Positions 37,334 through 47,337 of a stretch of 55,936 nt of DNA are shown here, piece after piece. The position numbers were made by a program, and so were the translations under genes. Numbering within the stretch: the stretch's first letter is position 1; each line of letters begins with the position of its first letter. The stretch is from a virus. Lineage: Duplodnaviria > Caudoviricetes. The notes below the pieces were generated by a model that saw nothing but the letters and a program-made list of their open reading frames with translations, was not told the origin of the DNA and searched no databases. The stretch is from the IMG/VR virus record IMGVR_UViG_3300033141_004453, positions 1-55,936 of that record, one strand, 5' to 3'.

Positions 37334-38168
37334 AGAATATAATTATGCAGAAGCATACTTTACTTTGAGATGTAATTTTAACTGTGATTATTGTATAAAC
37401 GATAAGGATGGCATCAAGAGAAATAGGAATGAATTAACACCTAAACAATGGGCTGAAGGACTAAACAAAATTGATTTTGGTAATGTTAGTTTAACAATTG
37501 GTGGAGGAGAACCAACAATTAGAGGTAAGGATTTTTATGAATTGTTAGATTTAATAAAACCAGAAACAAAAATTGACTTACTTACAAATTTAAGTTTTGA
37601 TGTAGATGAATTCATAAGGCGAGTAAAGCCATCAAGATTTACAACACCAACCAAACCTTTCTACCACCCTATAAGAGTGAGTTATCATGTAAATAATACT
37701 GACCAGGATACAACTATTGAAAAAGCCAAAAAATTACAAGAGAATGGATTTGGAATTGGAATCTTTGGTTTATCACATCCTTACTACATTAATAACAATA
37801 TGGAAATGGCCTGGAAATGTAATAGAGCTGGTGTTCCTTTCTACACAAAAGATTTTTTAGGCGAGGTAGATGGAAGAATGTATGGATTTTTTAAATATCC
37901 AAAAGGATTAGATGGCATAGTTAAAAATGCGATTTGCAGAACAAGAGAATTATTAATTGGACCAGAAGGAAATATTTATAGGTGCCATAGAGATTTGTAT
38001 CATGCTGAAAATCCTATTGGAAACATCACAAAAGATTTCACAATTGAGTATAGATTTAGAGGATGTAAGAATTATGGGTTATGTAATCCTTGTGATGTTA
38101 AACTTAAAACTAATAAATTTTTAAGGGAGGTAGAATGTCAAGTAGAGATAAAACAAACTATGCAATAA
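37317..38168 (+). CDS. radical SAM enzyme with C-terminal Cys cluster
   Basis: CNFNCDYC, GGGEP, LTN, G.IYRC, C...C.PCD. Confidence 0.88.
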   Translation: MIKIPKEYNYAEAYFTLRCNFNCDYCINDKDGIKRNRNELTPKQWAEGLNKIDFGNVSLTIGGGEPTIRGKDFYELLDLIKPETKIDLLTNLSFDVDEFIRRVKPSRFTTPTKPFYHPIRVSYHVNNTDQDTTIEKAKKLQENGFGIGIFGLSHPYYINNNMEMAWKCNRAGVPFYTKDFLGEVDGRMYGFFKYPKGLDGIVKNAICRTRELLIGPEGNIYRCHRDLYHAENPIGNITKDFTIEYRFRGCKNYGLCNPCDVKLKTNKFLREVECQVEIKQTMQ

Positions 38169-39031
38169 CAGGAAACAAAGGTTTAATTGGAACATACTTG
38201 AAGGAAAGATTAGACAAAGAAGGATATAATTGTGTGTTACAAATAGATAAAAGAGAAGGTTTTGATATTATGGACTTAATGTTTAAAGATGTTCAACTAA
38301 CTGAAATCCCTGATATATTTTTTCATTTTGCTGCACAGTGTAAGATTAATGAGGCAATAGCACATCCTATCCTCCCTCATAAGAACAATGTTGATGGGAT
38401 ACTTTCAGTTTTAGAGTTTTGTAGAAAACATCAGATACCAAGGATAGTAACTGCTTCATCATCAAGAGTTCTAAGTCCAGAACGAAACCCTTATGTAGCA
38501 AGTAAAATCTACTTAGAAGAATTGGTTAAAGCATACACTGATTGTTATAATATGCAACACATCATCATAAGACCTTCAACAGTTTATGGCCCTATGAAAG
38601 ATGAAACTTCAAGATTAATGAGTAACTGGATAACATCTGCACTAAAAGGTGAAGATTTAAAGTTATATGGAGATAGAACAAAAACATTAGATTTCACTTA
38701 TATAGATGATTTTATTGATGGAGTTATGTTAACTTTGAGAGGAAGATGGAACAGGACATATAACATAAGTGGTGGTGAAGAAGTAAATTTATGGTGGCTT
38801 GCACATAATATCATTGAACAAGCTAATAGTAGTAGTAAAGTTGTGGAACTGCCTGCTGAAAAAGCACAACCACAACATGTAAGAGTGAAAACATCAAGAA
38901 TTAGAAAATTGGGATTTAAGCCAAAAGTAAGGATTGAAGATGGAGTCAAAAAGATGTTAGATTTTTATAGAACTCATCCAAAAGAATTGGAAGAATATGA
39001 AGATAAAGGAGCACAATTTTATGGAAGATAG
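38135..39031 (+). CDS. NAD-dependent nucleotide-sugar epimerase/dehydratase/reductase (extended SDR)
   Basis: TGNKGLIG, HFAA, ASSS, YVASK, RPSTVYGP, DFTYIDD. Confidence 0.92.
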   Translation: MSSRDKTNYAITGNKGLIGTYLKERLDKEGYNCVLQIDKREGFDIMDLMFKDVQLTEIPDIFFHFAAQCKINEAIAHPILPHKNNVDGILSVLEFCRKHQIPRIVTASSSRVLSPERNPYVASKIYLEELVKAYTDCYNMQHIIIRPSTVYGPMKDETSRLMSNWITSALKGEDLKLYGDRTKTLDFTYIDDFIDGVMLTLRGRWNRTYNISGGEEVNLWWLAHNIIEQANSSSKVVELPAEKAQPQHVRVKTSRIRKLGFKPKVRIEDGVKKMLDFYRTHPKELEEYEDKGAQFYGR

Positions 39032-39860
39032 AATAACAATACATATAGCAACAAAAGATAGACACACAGAATTAATGCTCTTACTTCAAAGTTTAAGAGA
39101 ACAAACATTTCAAGATTTTGATATAATAATTTTAGATGATGCTTCTGGAACACCAATAACACAACCTTACTTCCTTTCAAATATGCTTAATCAACTAAAA
39201 TTAGAGAATCATAGATTGAAACTATTAAGAAACAATCAAAGTTTTGGTTGTTGCTATGCCAGGAATCAGTTAATTGATGAAGATAGGTTTGGTAATTCCT
39301 TTGTTTTAAGATTAGATGATGATGTTATTTTAGAAAAAGAGTATATAAAGAAATTGTTAGATGTGATAGATAAAGGATATGATATGGCAAGTGGTGTAAT
39401 TCCGAGTTTTGGATTACCACCAGTAAAAAGAAAAATTGAAGCAGTGGGGAGTATAATTAATGAACATAAATTTGATAAAGAAGGAAATTTAATTTTGAAT
39501 AATGATGATTGTGGATTTTGTTACCTATCTGAAGCTATACTCCCAACCCACCAATTCCGTACAAATTGTTTATACAAATCTGAAATACAAAAAAAAGTAA
39601 GGTATCCTAATAATCTCACATCGGTTGCTTTTAGAGAGGAAGGATTTTTTAGCATTGGGGCAATTTTAGAAGGTTATAAAATTGGTGTTTGTACAACAGC
39701 AGTTGCTTGGCATTTGAAGTGCCCAAGTGGAGGTAATAGAAGAGTTGACTATAGTGAATGTGTTAAAATAGATGATGAAATTTTTAGAAAGTGGCTAAAG
39801 AAAAAATTTATAGAAAAAGGAGATTTTTTAACTAAATACAACAATGAAGTATTAAAATGA
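39021..39860 (+). CDS. GT2 glycosyltransferase
   Basis: IATKDR, ILDDAS, ARN, RLDDD, REE. Confidence 0.88.
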   Translation: MEDRITIHIATKDRHTELMLLLQSLREQTFQDFDIIILDDASGTPITQPYFLSNMLNQLKLENHRLKLLRNNQSFGCCYARNQLIDEDRFGNSFVLRLDDDVILEKEYIKKLLDVIDKGYDMASGVIPSFGLPPVKRKIEAVGSIINEHKFDKEGNLILNNDDCGFCYLSEAILPTHQFRTNCLYKSEIQKKVRYPNNLTSVAFREEGFFSIGAILEGYKIGVCTTAVAWHLKCPSGGNRRVDYSECVKIDDEIFRKWLKKKFIEKGDFLTKYNNEVLK

Positions 39861-40993
39861 AACTTAATATAGTTGGCAGTCTTTTTGGAGTTACGGGCTA
39901 TGATATTCATACTAGAAATCTTTTTAATGCCCTCTATCAAATAATGCCACAAATAAAATTGGATGTTCCAAGACCACAAGGTTGGGAGTTGTTATGTAAT
40001 GATGCAGAGATAAATGCACTAACAAATAACTTTCCAATTGAAGATTGTATAACAATTGCTATTATGACTCCACCATTTTGGAAAATGGCTTTGGCAGACA
40101 ATCCTAAACATTTCGTAGGGTTTTTAGTTTGGGAAGGAGATGTTTGCCCTACTTATTGGCTTGAATACCTTACCAATAATAAAGTAGATATGATATTTGT
40201 CCCTTCTGAACATACTAAACAAGCAATTCTAAACACTATAAAAAGATATGAAAAAGGAAAAAATGAGTTAGAACTAACAGAAAAACAATTAGAAAGAATA
40301 AGAGATAAAATTAGAATAGTTCCACATGGTGTTGATTTAAATTTATTCAAACCTAAAAATAAATCACATGATAAATTTACTTTTATTTGTAATAAAGGAT
40401 GGCGTGGAGGGTTAGAAGATAGAGGTGGAGTAGGTTATGTTATTAAGGCATTTGCGGAAGAATTTAGGAAAGATGAGGATGTAGAATTAAACATAAAACT
40501 AAATCCTGCTTATATCAATCCTGACCAGATTAATGATGAAATCAAAAAACTCCAACTTCCTGAAGATAGACCGCAGATAAAAATTAATTGTGAAAACATC
40601 AATTATAAAGATATGTATAAGGTTTATGAAAATGGTGATTTATTTATTTGTGCAACAAGAGCAGAAGCATTTAACATTCCAGGATTAGAAGCAATGGCAT
40701 GTGGACTACCTACACTACAAACAAACTATGGAGGACAATTAGATTATATGAATGAAGGTAATAGTTGGAAGATAGAAGTAGAAAAAATGGAAAAGGCAAA
40801 AGAAGTGGCATATGAGGAAGTTCAATGGGCTATTCCAAGTTTTGAAGACTTAAAAAGAAAAATGAGGTGGTGTTTTGAAAATAAAGAAAAAGTAAAAGAA
40901 AAAGGAAAACAAGCATCAAAAGATGTTCAAGAATGGACATGGCATTACAGCGCAAAAAAAGCATTAAACTATCTTAATCAACTGCCTTTCTAA
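39857..40993 (+). CDS. GT4 glycosyltransferase
   Basis: TGY, VPSEH, VPHGVD, EAFNIPGLEAMACGLP. Confidence 0.92.
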   Translation: MKLNIVGSLFGVTGYDIHTRNLFNALYQIMPQIKLDVPRPQGWELLCNDAEINALTNNFPIEDCITIAIMTPPFWKMALADNPKHFVGFLVWEGDVCPTYWLEYLTNNKVDMIFVPSEHTKQAILNTIKRYEKGKNELELTEKQLERIRDKIRIVPHGVDLNLFKPKNKSHDKFTFICNKGWRGGLEDRGGVGYVIKAFAEEFRKDEDVELNIKLNPAYINPDQINDEIKKLQLPEDRPQIKINCENINYKDMYKVYENGDLFICATRAEAFNIPGLEAMACGLPTLQTNYGGQLDYMNEGNSWKIEVEKMEKAKEVAYEEVQWAIPSFEDLKRKMRWCFENKEKVKEKGKQASKDVQEWTWHYSAKKALNYLNQLPF

Positions 40994-41144
40994 GTCCATA
41001 TCCTCCGAAAAACAAAGATAGTATTTGAACTATATTTGCTACTACTGTCTCACTATAAGTTATTTCAAATGTTTGTGCTAAAGCAATTAATGTGGCTAAC
41101 CCAAATCCCCAAATTGTTTTGGATTGATACCAACTTTTTTTCAT
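40974..41144 (-). CDS. small 2-TM holin-like protein (56 aa)
   Basis: translated by hand: MKKSWYQSKTIWGFGLATLIALAQ...LSLFFGGYGLRKAVD; strong SD. Confidence 0.6.
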   Translation of the reverse strand: MKKSWYQSKTIWGFGLATLIALAQTFEITYSETVVANIVQILSLFFGGYGLRKAVD

Positions 41145-41220
41145 ATGATTTTCCTCCTTTCAACAAAACATTTTATTAATATTACAAATAATAGATATTA
41201 TATAAATTTATTGTTTTGAG

Positions 41221-41249
41221 AAAAAAAGAAAAAAAATAAAAAAAGAAAG
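41221..41249 (-). terminator. oligo-T terminator
   Basis: long T-rich tract just after the 41264 stop. Confidence 0.5.
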
Positions 41250-41263
41250 TTTATTTGGAATTA

Positions 41264-41884
41264 CTAAAATTTAAAATCTCTTGTTGTTTTTTCTACTGAA
41301 ACCAAATTAAAGTCATCATATGTTTGAGTTTCAAAATCATATCCTTCTACTTCAGAATTCACTAAATAGTAAGCTGTTTCGGTGTTGTCTGGATAATCTA
41401 CATCAACCCACTTAACCCTTATAAGTTGACTAACAGAATAATCTCCATCATCTCTTGCTTCTCTATTCGCAACTGTTGCTTTGTACTCACCTTGGTCTCT
41501 TGTGTAAATGTTGATAAAATATGTTTCATCTAAATCTAATAATTCCAAAAGGTCCTCAAATGTTTCATTATCACCAGTAACATTGTTAAGCGCTAATTGA
41601 TTTGTAAATACTGTCTTTCCTATTTTCTTCTGGTCATTTTTACTCACATATGTTCCATAACAATCAACTTTATCACTTTCACATATCTTTGCTAAAATTT
41701 CGTCATAGTTTCCAACTTCTGGAATAACTATTTTTTCTGCAATCTCATCAGCTGTTGGGATTGTTGGTGTTACTGGTTTCATCCATGTGAAACTACCAAC
41801 TAACATAGCAATTAGTCCAATTACTAAAACATATTGGACCCATTCATTCATCTTTGCTTGCATTTTATGAAAACCCCCTTTCAA
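41264..41884 (-). CDS. membrane-anchored acidic exported protein
   Basis: N-terminal TM (VLVIGLIAMLVGSF) followed by an acidic ectodomain. Confidence 0.65.
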   Translation of the reverse strand: MKGGFHKMQAKMNEWVQYVLVIGLIAMLVGSFTWMKPVTPTIPTADEIAEKIVIPEVGNYDEILAKICESDKVDCYGTYVSKNDQKKIGKTVFTNQLALNNVTGDNETFEDLLELLDLDETYFINIYTRDQGEYKATVANREARDDGDYSVSQLIRVKWVDVDYPDNTETAYYLVNSEVEGYDFETQTYDDFNLVSVEKTTRDFKF

Positions 41885-42152
41885 TTAATAAAGTTATAAA
41901 TGATATTATACTATAACTAATATACCCACTAAAAAATGCAGAAAAGATTGCAATGTCTATATTATTTCCTGATTTCTTTAAAATCCATTTGGGATATTTG
42001 TATAAATATTCTTTGAATACTTTTGAGTATTCCATAATATAATTAAATATTTAAGGTTTATAAATCTTTTGATTTTGAAGAATCTTATTAAACTTGTAAT
42101 TTATTCTGTTGTTTTTTGATTGTTATGCCAGTCCCCCTGTTTATAAAGCTGA

Positions 42153-43133
42153 CTAAAATACCATAGCAATTAAATCCCCCCATATATCTTCTGTTCCTGC
42201 ATCTGATGTAACTCTTACATAAAAAATATAAGTTCTTGAACTAGATATTTTCAATAACTTATTTACAGCATATCCTGCTTGCATATTATATGGTCCTTCA
42301 ACAGTAAATCCTTCCAAAAATGTGCTACCCAGTCCTGGAGATGTTTGATACAATTGTCCTCCTACATCTTCTCCTGTAGTACCTATATCTCCTCCTCCAG
42401 TAACGCTCACAAATATTACATTTCCACTTGATGCATACACAACAACAGACCCTACATTCTGATAACTAGTGGGAACATTACTTAAATCCCAACTTGTACA
42501 ATCACAATCCTTTATTCCTATACTGTCAGCATAAGTTTTATTTACAATATCAGTTCCAGCCGATGGAGATGAAGTAACTCGTCCTTTAGATACATAAATT
42601 TCAGTGTTAGTTCCACTTATCAAATCACCAAGTGAAACATTTCCATTAGACACCTTGAAATTAGATGAATTAAAACTCGCAATACCTTTATTTGTAGTAG
42701 AAGCATTCTCTCCTGATATTATAGAACCAGAAGTAATATCAATTCCTTCACCAGCAATTAGTGAACTAACTACCGCTCTTGGAAGGTTGGCAGGACAAAC
42801 AGCTAAATCTGATGAAGAGTATGTTACCGCCTCTTCATTTAATGCAATTCTAACTATTCCTTTATTTGTGGTAGAAGCATTTTCACCTACAATAACACTT
42901 CCATTACTAATATCAATTCCCTCCCCACCATAAATTCCATTTCCAATACCTTTAACAAAAAGTTGGGAAGATGTACCACTAATCCAACTACCTGTCACTA
43001 AATTATCATCTGTTGAAATACTATTTAACCTATCAACAATAGGATTTATACCACTAGCACCCATTGCACTTCCAACTATAGGTCCGGCAGGAAACATCAA
43101 TCCACTTTCATACCTACTAAACAATTGTGCCAT
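42153..43133 (-). CDS. tail fibre/receptor-binding-like protein
   Basis: repeat GEGIDI..GS.I.GENASTTNKGI twice; last gene of the tail module. Confidence 0.65.
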   Translation of the reverse strand: MAQLFSRYESGLMFPAGPIVGSAMGASGINPIVDRLNSISTDDNLVTGSWISGTSSQLFVKGIGNGIYGGEGIDISNGSVIVGENASTTNKGIVRIALNEEAVTYSSSDLAVCPANLPRAVVSSLIAGEGIDITSGSIISGENASTTNKGIASFNSSNFKVSNGNVSLGDLISGTNTEIYVSKGRVTSSPSAGTDIVNKTYADSIGIKDCDCTSWDLSNVPTSYQNVGSVVVYASSGNVIFVSVTGGGDIGTTGEDVGGQLYQTSPGLGSTFLEGFTVEGPYNMQAGYAVNKLLKISSSRTYIFYVRVTSDAGTEDIWGDLIAMVF

Positions 43134-43171
43134 ACTAATTTATAATGGGATTATTTTTTAATTTTATAGTT

Positions 43172-43189
43172 TTAAATTATATAATTTAA
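43172..43189. promoter_or_regulatory. perfect 18-bp palindrome TTAAATTATATAATTTAA
   Basis: read directly; upstream of the 43133 start. Confidence 0.6.
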
Positions 43190-43539
43190 TAATACTTATG
43201 TGTTATTTGTATTTGTAATTCTCTTTCACCTTCAAATTCAATACTACCTATAACCTCTCTTTGAAATAAATTGCCACCTGCTGATGCATTAAATAATCCA
43301 AATTCTCTTAAAGTAGTACCACTTATTTCCGATGAGGAAAAATCTGCAGTCCATGTTACATTACTCCCAACACTCAAATCTCTTGTTGTAATAATATTTC
43401 TATCTGTTTCATTATCTAATGTTGTATCTGATGTACTAAAAGCAGTATCTCCATCACCAATAGCAATATGTGTAGGGACTGTTCCTGAATTTCCCATAAT
43501 TACTGCTATGCTTTTAACACCATCTGTCGTTATTCCCAT
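43186..43539 (-). CDS. minor tail/baseplate protein
   Basis: HIAIGDG......DTTL.NE..R and LREFGLF motifs typical of tail-fibre attachment proteins. Confidence 0.7.
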   Translation of the reverse strand: MGITTDGVKSIAVIMGNSGTVPTHIAIGDGDTAFSTSDTTLDNETDRNIITTRDLSVGSNVTWTADFSSSEISGTTLREFGLFNASAGGNLFQREVIGSIEFEGERELQIQITHKYY

Positions 43540-45672
43540 TAAAAATCTCCTCCTGATACATTTAGTTGTGAACCTGCATCTGAATAGGCTAATCTTGAAT
43601 TTGTATCATCTAACCTACCATGTTTAGATGAGTGAAAGATGAAATTACTACCAACACTTTTAGTCCAAACTTCATAATGAGTTTGAACTCCTACACTTCC
43701 TGTCACAGTTTCTAATCTTGAAATTGTTCCTTCTAACTGACTTGTTTCAAAATTTTTTGTCCTTAATATCTGGTCCTTCATCACATCAACAAAATCTGCA
43801 ATTTTTTTGTTAACTTTAATTACCAAAACATTATCACTCAAATTATTTGTTTTATTAAATTCATAATATGCACTTAAAATCGTATAAACTTGATTATTCA
43901 CATTATGAAATGGTATATCAATAATACATGTATTTCCAGGTGTAACATCTACTATTCCTCTAATCTGTAATGTTCCAGATAGTTTCGGGTCTTTATGTTC
44001 ATTCAAAAAAGTAGTAGCTCTACTATTAGCCAAAGGAAAATCTTTTATGTTTTTATCAGTTATAACTTTTGTTTTTGGTCCATAACTCCCAATACTTGCC
44101 ACATCCTCTACATATTTAAGAATTGGAGTACTTCTATCATAATCTACAATAATACTACCTCCATTTGAAGGTATGTTATCACCTGCCGCTGTTCCTGAAA
44201 CAAATATTATTTTCTTATCTGTAAAATCAACAACATACTTTAATCCTGATGTTGTTTCAGGAGAATTTAAACTTAAAATTCCTCCTTTTTCTTGAAGTAC
44301 ATCATCTACATAAACACTTGTGTTATGTGGTTTATCAGTTAATGTGAAAACACTTCCAGTACCATCAGCTATAAATTCATCCCTCGCTCCAGTCAAAATT
44401 CTGTCTCCATAGACCCAAACCTTATTAAAAATTTCATTATCATCTCTAACAAATTTTGCTTCAATTACATTCTTTTTACTAAATGGAATTAAAGATTGAA
44501 TTTGTTGTGATGTTAAAGCAATATCATAAAATCTAAAGTCATCTAAACTTCCTTCAAAAAAGCTTCCACTTGTAGTATTATAGTATGAACCTATTGCAGT
44601 TAATCCTCCAATATCTTTTCCAGTATAAGATACTTTTGAGTAGGCAGTTCCATCTAAATAAGGAGTGCAGGTAGAATCTGAATTATCAAAGACTAATGCT
44701 ATGTGATGCCATTTTCCATCATTTACATCACTTCTTGCTATTCCAGTATCCTTCCATGTGCCTGGTGCATCTAAGAATTCAATATTCCCACTTCCAGCAT
44801 ATCCTCTCCAAGCAATTACAAACCTCCCTGATTGAGTATCAAATAAATATTCTGCACTTGAGGGAGAATTAGTTGTTTTAATCCAAAAAGCAAAAGTATA
44901 GGATTTAGAGGTAGAGGTTAGACCTGTAATATCTATAGCATCATCTACTCCGTTGAATTCCAAGGCGGTATTTATCTTTCCTGAAACACTCATAGTATTG
45001 GTATTATTGACAGAAGTTCCATTTAGAAGTTCCATTTATATTTCCAGTAGAATCTATTACTGTTGTATCATCCGCATTATCATCAAATTTCCAATAGGCC
45101 TTTAATGATGATGGTAAACTGCCTTTTTCTACAAAATGAACATCTTTATCTGTATCAACATAAAAATAATAATTTGACAGTTTCGCTAATTCTACTAAAC
45201 TATCAAATATAGGTTTATGAGCAAATGTTACCCTTTCCAAAGTTACTCCTGTATTAGTATCAACATTGTTTGTTGTTACAATATTTTCAACATTTTGTTC
45301 TACAATAATCTTTGCTATTTCACCTACATCTCTATTTTTGAAAACTGTCGGTTGTACTGATACATCTTGAAGAACTGCTCCATAATCCCTACCAAACAAT
45401 CTAATTTCTTCTTTTTGTGACTTACCAACAAATTCAATGTTTTCTATAATCCCCCTAAAAATCTTTATTGTTGGTGGATTTGTATCAACTTCTGCATATA
45501 TTTGTACATCATCATTTAAATTAAATGTGTTACTATACTTTCCATCAACATTATTAAATGTTATTTCAAAATTAGAAACTGCATTAAAATCACCTATATT
45601 TCTTTCTACATTTATGTTTTTAGCATCGGTATATTCAACACTTTCAATCACTAATTTCGTATAAACTACCAT
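43539..45672 (-). CDS. baseplate hub/tail-tip protein with inserted LamG domain, split into ORFs 45004-45672 and 43539-45035 by a 13-bp duplication
   Basis: hub-like N-terminus (IFRGIIE, GRDYG, FYVD.DK..HF); LamG (AYWKFD, ALEFNG, WHHIA, GSLDDFRFY); removing one copy of AAATGGAACTTCT restores a single 706-aa frame. Confidence 0.75.
45012..45037. repeat. 13-bp tandem duplication (AGAAGTTCCATTT x2) causing a frameshift
   Basis: read directly. Confidence 0.9.
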
Positions 45673-47337
45673 CTATCCTAAACTTATTTTTTTATTTAAT
45701 TCTCTTTGGAATGCATTAATCATATCTTCTGGGTCAACTCCTTGGACTTTATCAATGTTGAAAATATATGTATTGCCCATACCACCACTTTTTGTTCCAA
45801 TTAAAGTGTCATTAGGATTCATTTTTAAAAGCTGTCCATTAGGTCGTAGTATGAAATCATCAAGAACTCTTATTCCTGGTGCATCTGCATTTAGAACTAT
45901 TACATCATCTTTCCAATTTAGAACTATTACATCATCATTTTTTGTAGTAGGCGTTGTTCTAGTTGTTGTACTTGAAACATGTACTCTTGAACTTGATGAC
46001 CTACTTCTACTAGACCTTGATTTTTCAGGAGCATCATCAGCCAAACCAAATAAATCCAACACCCAATCAAATAAATCTTTAATCCAACCTACCAAATCCT
46101 CTACCCAACCTACAACAGTTTCTAATACACTTGCAAATCCTTTTAGAAAATCAGCAACAACTCTCAGAGCAGGCATTGCTACCTTTAATATAGAAGTCCC
46201 AATCTCTATGAAGTTAGTAGCAATTTTAAGTAATGGAGGAATTAAAGGAACTAATGCTTCAAGCAATTCAACAGTAACTTCAATTAAATCACCTATAAAT
46301 GGAAGAATAGCATCAACAGCCTCTAATATAGCTTCACCAATAGCCAATGCTAAATCTGTAAGAGGAGGAATAAGTTTTTCAATAGTTGGCATTAATCTTG
46401 CTATAAACATATCTGCCAATCTGATAGCTATTTCAATAACCCCTGTTATTAGAGGAACTAAGGATTTAAGAATTCTTGCAAAAGATTCACCTAATACTGG
46501 AAGTAAAGGTTTGATTGAAGGAAGCAAGTCTTTCAATAATGTATCAGCCAATTTGGAAATAACAGGTAAAACTGCTGCACCTATTTCTCTCTTCATTAAT
46601 GAAAGTGTATCCTTTAAATTAGAAAACTTACCTTCTACAGTTTCCGCCTGTTTAGCCATTAAATCTGCAAACCTTCCACCTTCTGTTGTTAAGTTAGTAA
46701 AAACATCCATAGTATCTTGAAATGTAACTTGTCCAGCTGATACCATTTCTTGAATTTCTGCTGTTGTTACACCAAACTTTTTGGCCAACTCTTCCATAAC
46801 AGGAATACCTGCAACAGCAAAATCTCTTAGTTCCCTTCCAGTAAGTTTTCCTTGTGCTCTAACTTGTCCTAAATTTAAAATCAATCTTTGCAGGCCTTCT
46901 TCTCCTAATCCTAAACCTGCTGCTACATCACCAACCTTTTTTAAAGCAGGAATAACTTCCTCACTTTCAAAACCTACAGCCATTAATTGTCTTGCTCCTC
47001 TCTCAACTCCTTGTAATGTGAAAGGAGTAGTTCTTGCAAATTCTGCTAAATCCTCTAACATTTTTTGTGCTTTTTCACCACTTCCTAACATTGTGGTAAA
47101 AGCTATTTGTGTTTGTTCAAAATCAGCGGCTGCTTTCAAAGAAGAAACACCAACTGCTGTCATTGCTGTTCCTAATGCTACCACTCCACCTACTGCTGCG
47201 CCAGTAGCTAATTTTGAAAACTTACCTAAAGTTGTTTCTGCTCTTCCAAAAGTACTACTGAATTTATCAATTGCTTGAATAGTAATTGCTACCGTAGCTC
47301 CACCGGCAATACCACCTAAAATATTTCCTAATGCCAT
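45673..47337 (-). CDS. tape measure protein
   Basis: F.TMLGS...A, TPF.L, LILNLGQ...GKL...EL tape-measure domain; amphipathic Pro-punctuated repeats. Confidence 0.92.
   Translation of the reverse strand: MALGNILGGIAGGATVAITIQAIDKFSSTFGRAETTLGKFSKLATGAAVGGVVALGTAMTAVGVSSLKAAADFEQTQIAFTTMLGSGEKAQKMLEDLAEFARTTPFTLQGVERGARQLMAVGFESEEVIPALKKVGDVAAGLGLGEEGLQRLILNLGQVRAQGKLTGRELRDFAVAGIPVMEELAKKFGVTTAEIQEMVSAGQVTFQDTMDVFTNLTTEGGRFADLMAKQAETVEGKFSNLKDTLSLMKREIGAAVLPVISKLADTLLKDLLPSIKPLLPVLGESFARILKSLVPLITGVIEIAIRLADMFIARLMPTIEKLIPPLTDLALAIGEAILEAVDAILPFIGDLIEVTVELLEALVPLIPPLLKIATNFIEIGTSILKVAMPALRVVADFLKGFASVLETVVGWVEDLVGWIKDLFDWVLDLFGLADDAPEKSRSSRSRSSSSRVHVSSTTTRTTPTTKNDDVIVLNWKDDVIVLNADAPGIRVLDDFILRPNGQLLKMNPNDTLIGTKSGGMGNTYIFNIDKVQGVDPEDMINAFQRELNKKISLG

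Noticed and set aside
45755-47278. Long + strand ORFs of 321 aa and 165 aa
   Set aside because: Antisense shadows of the tape measure gene; no SD or recognisable motifs
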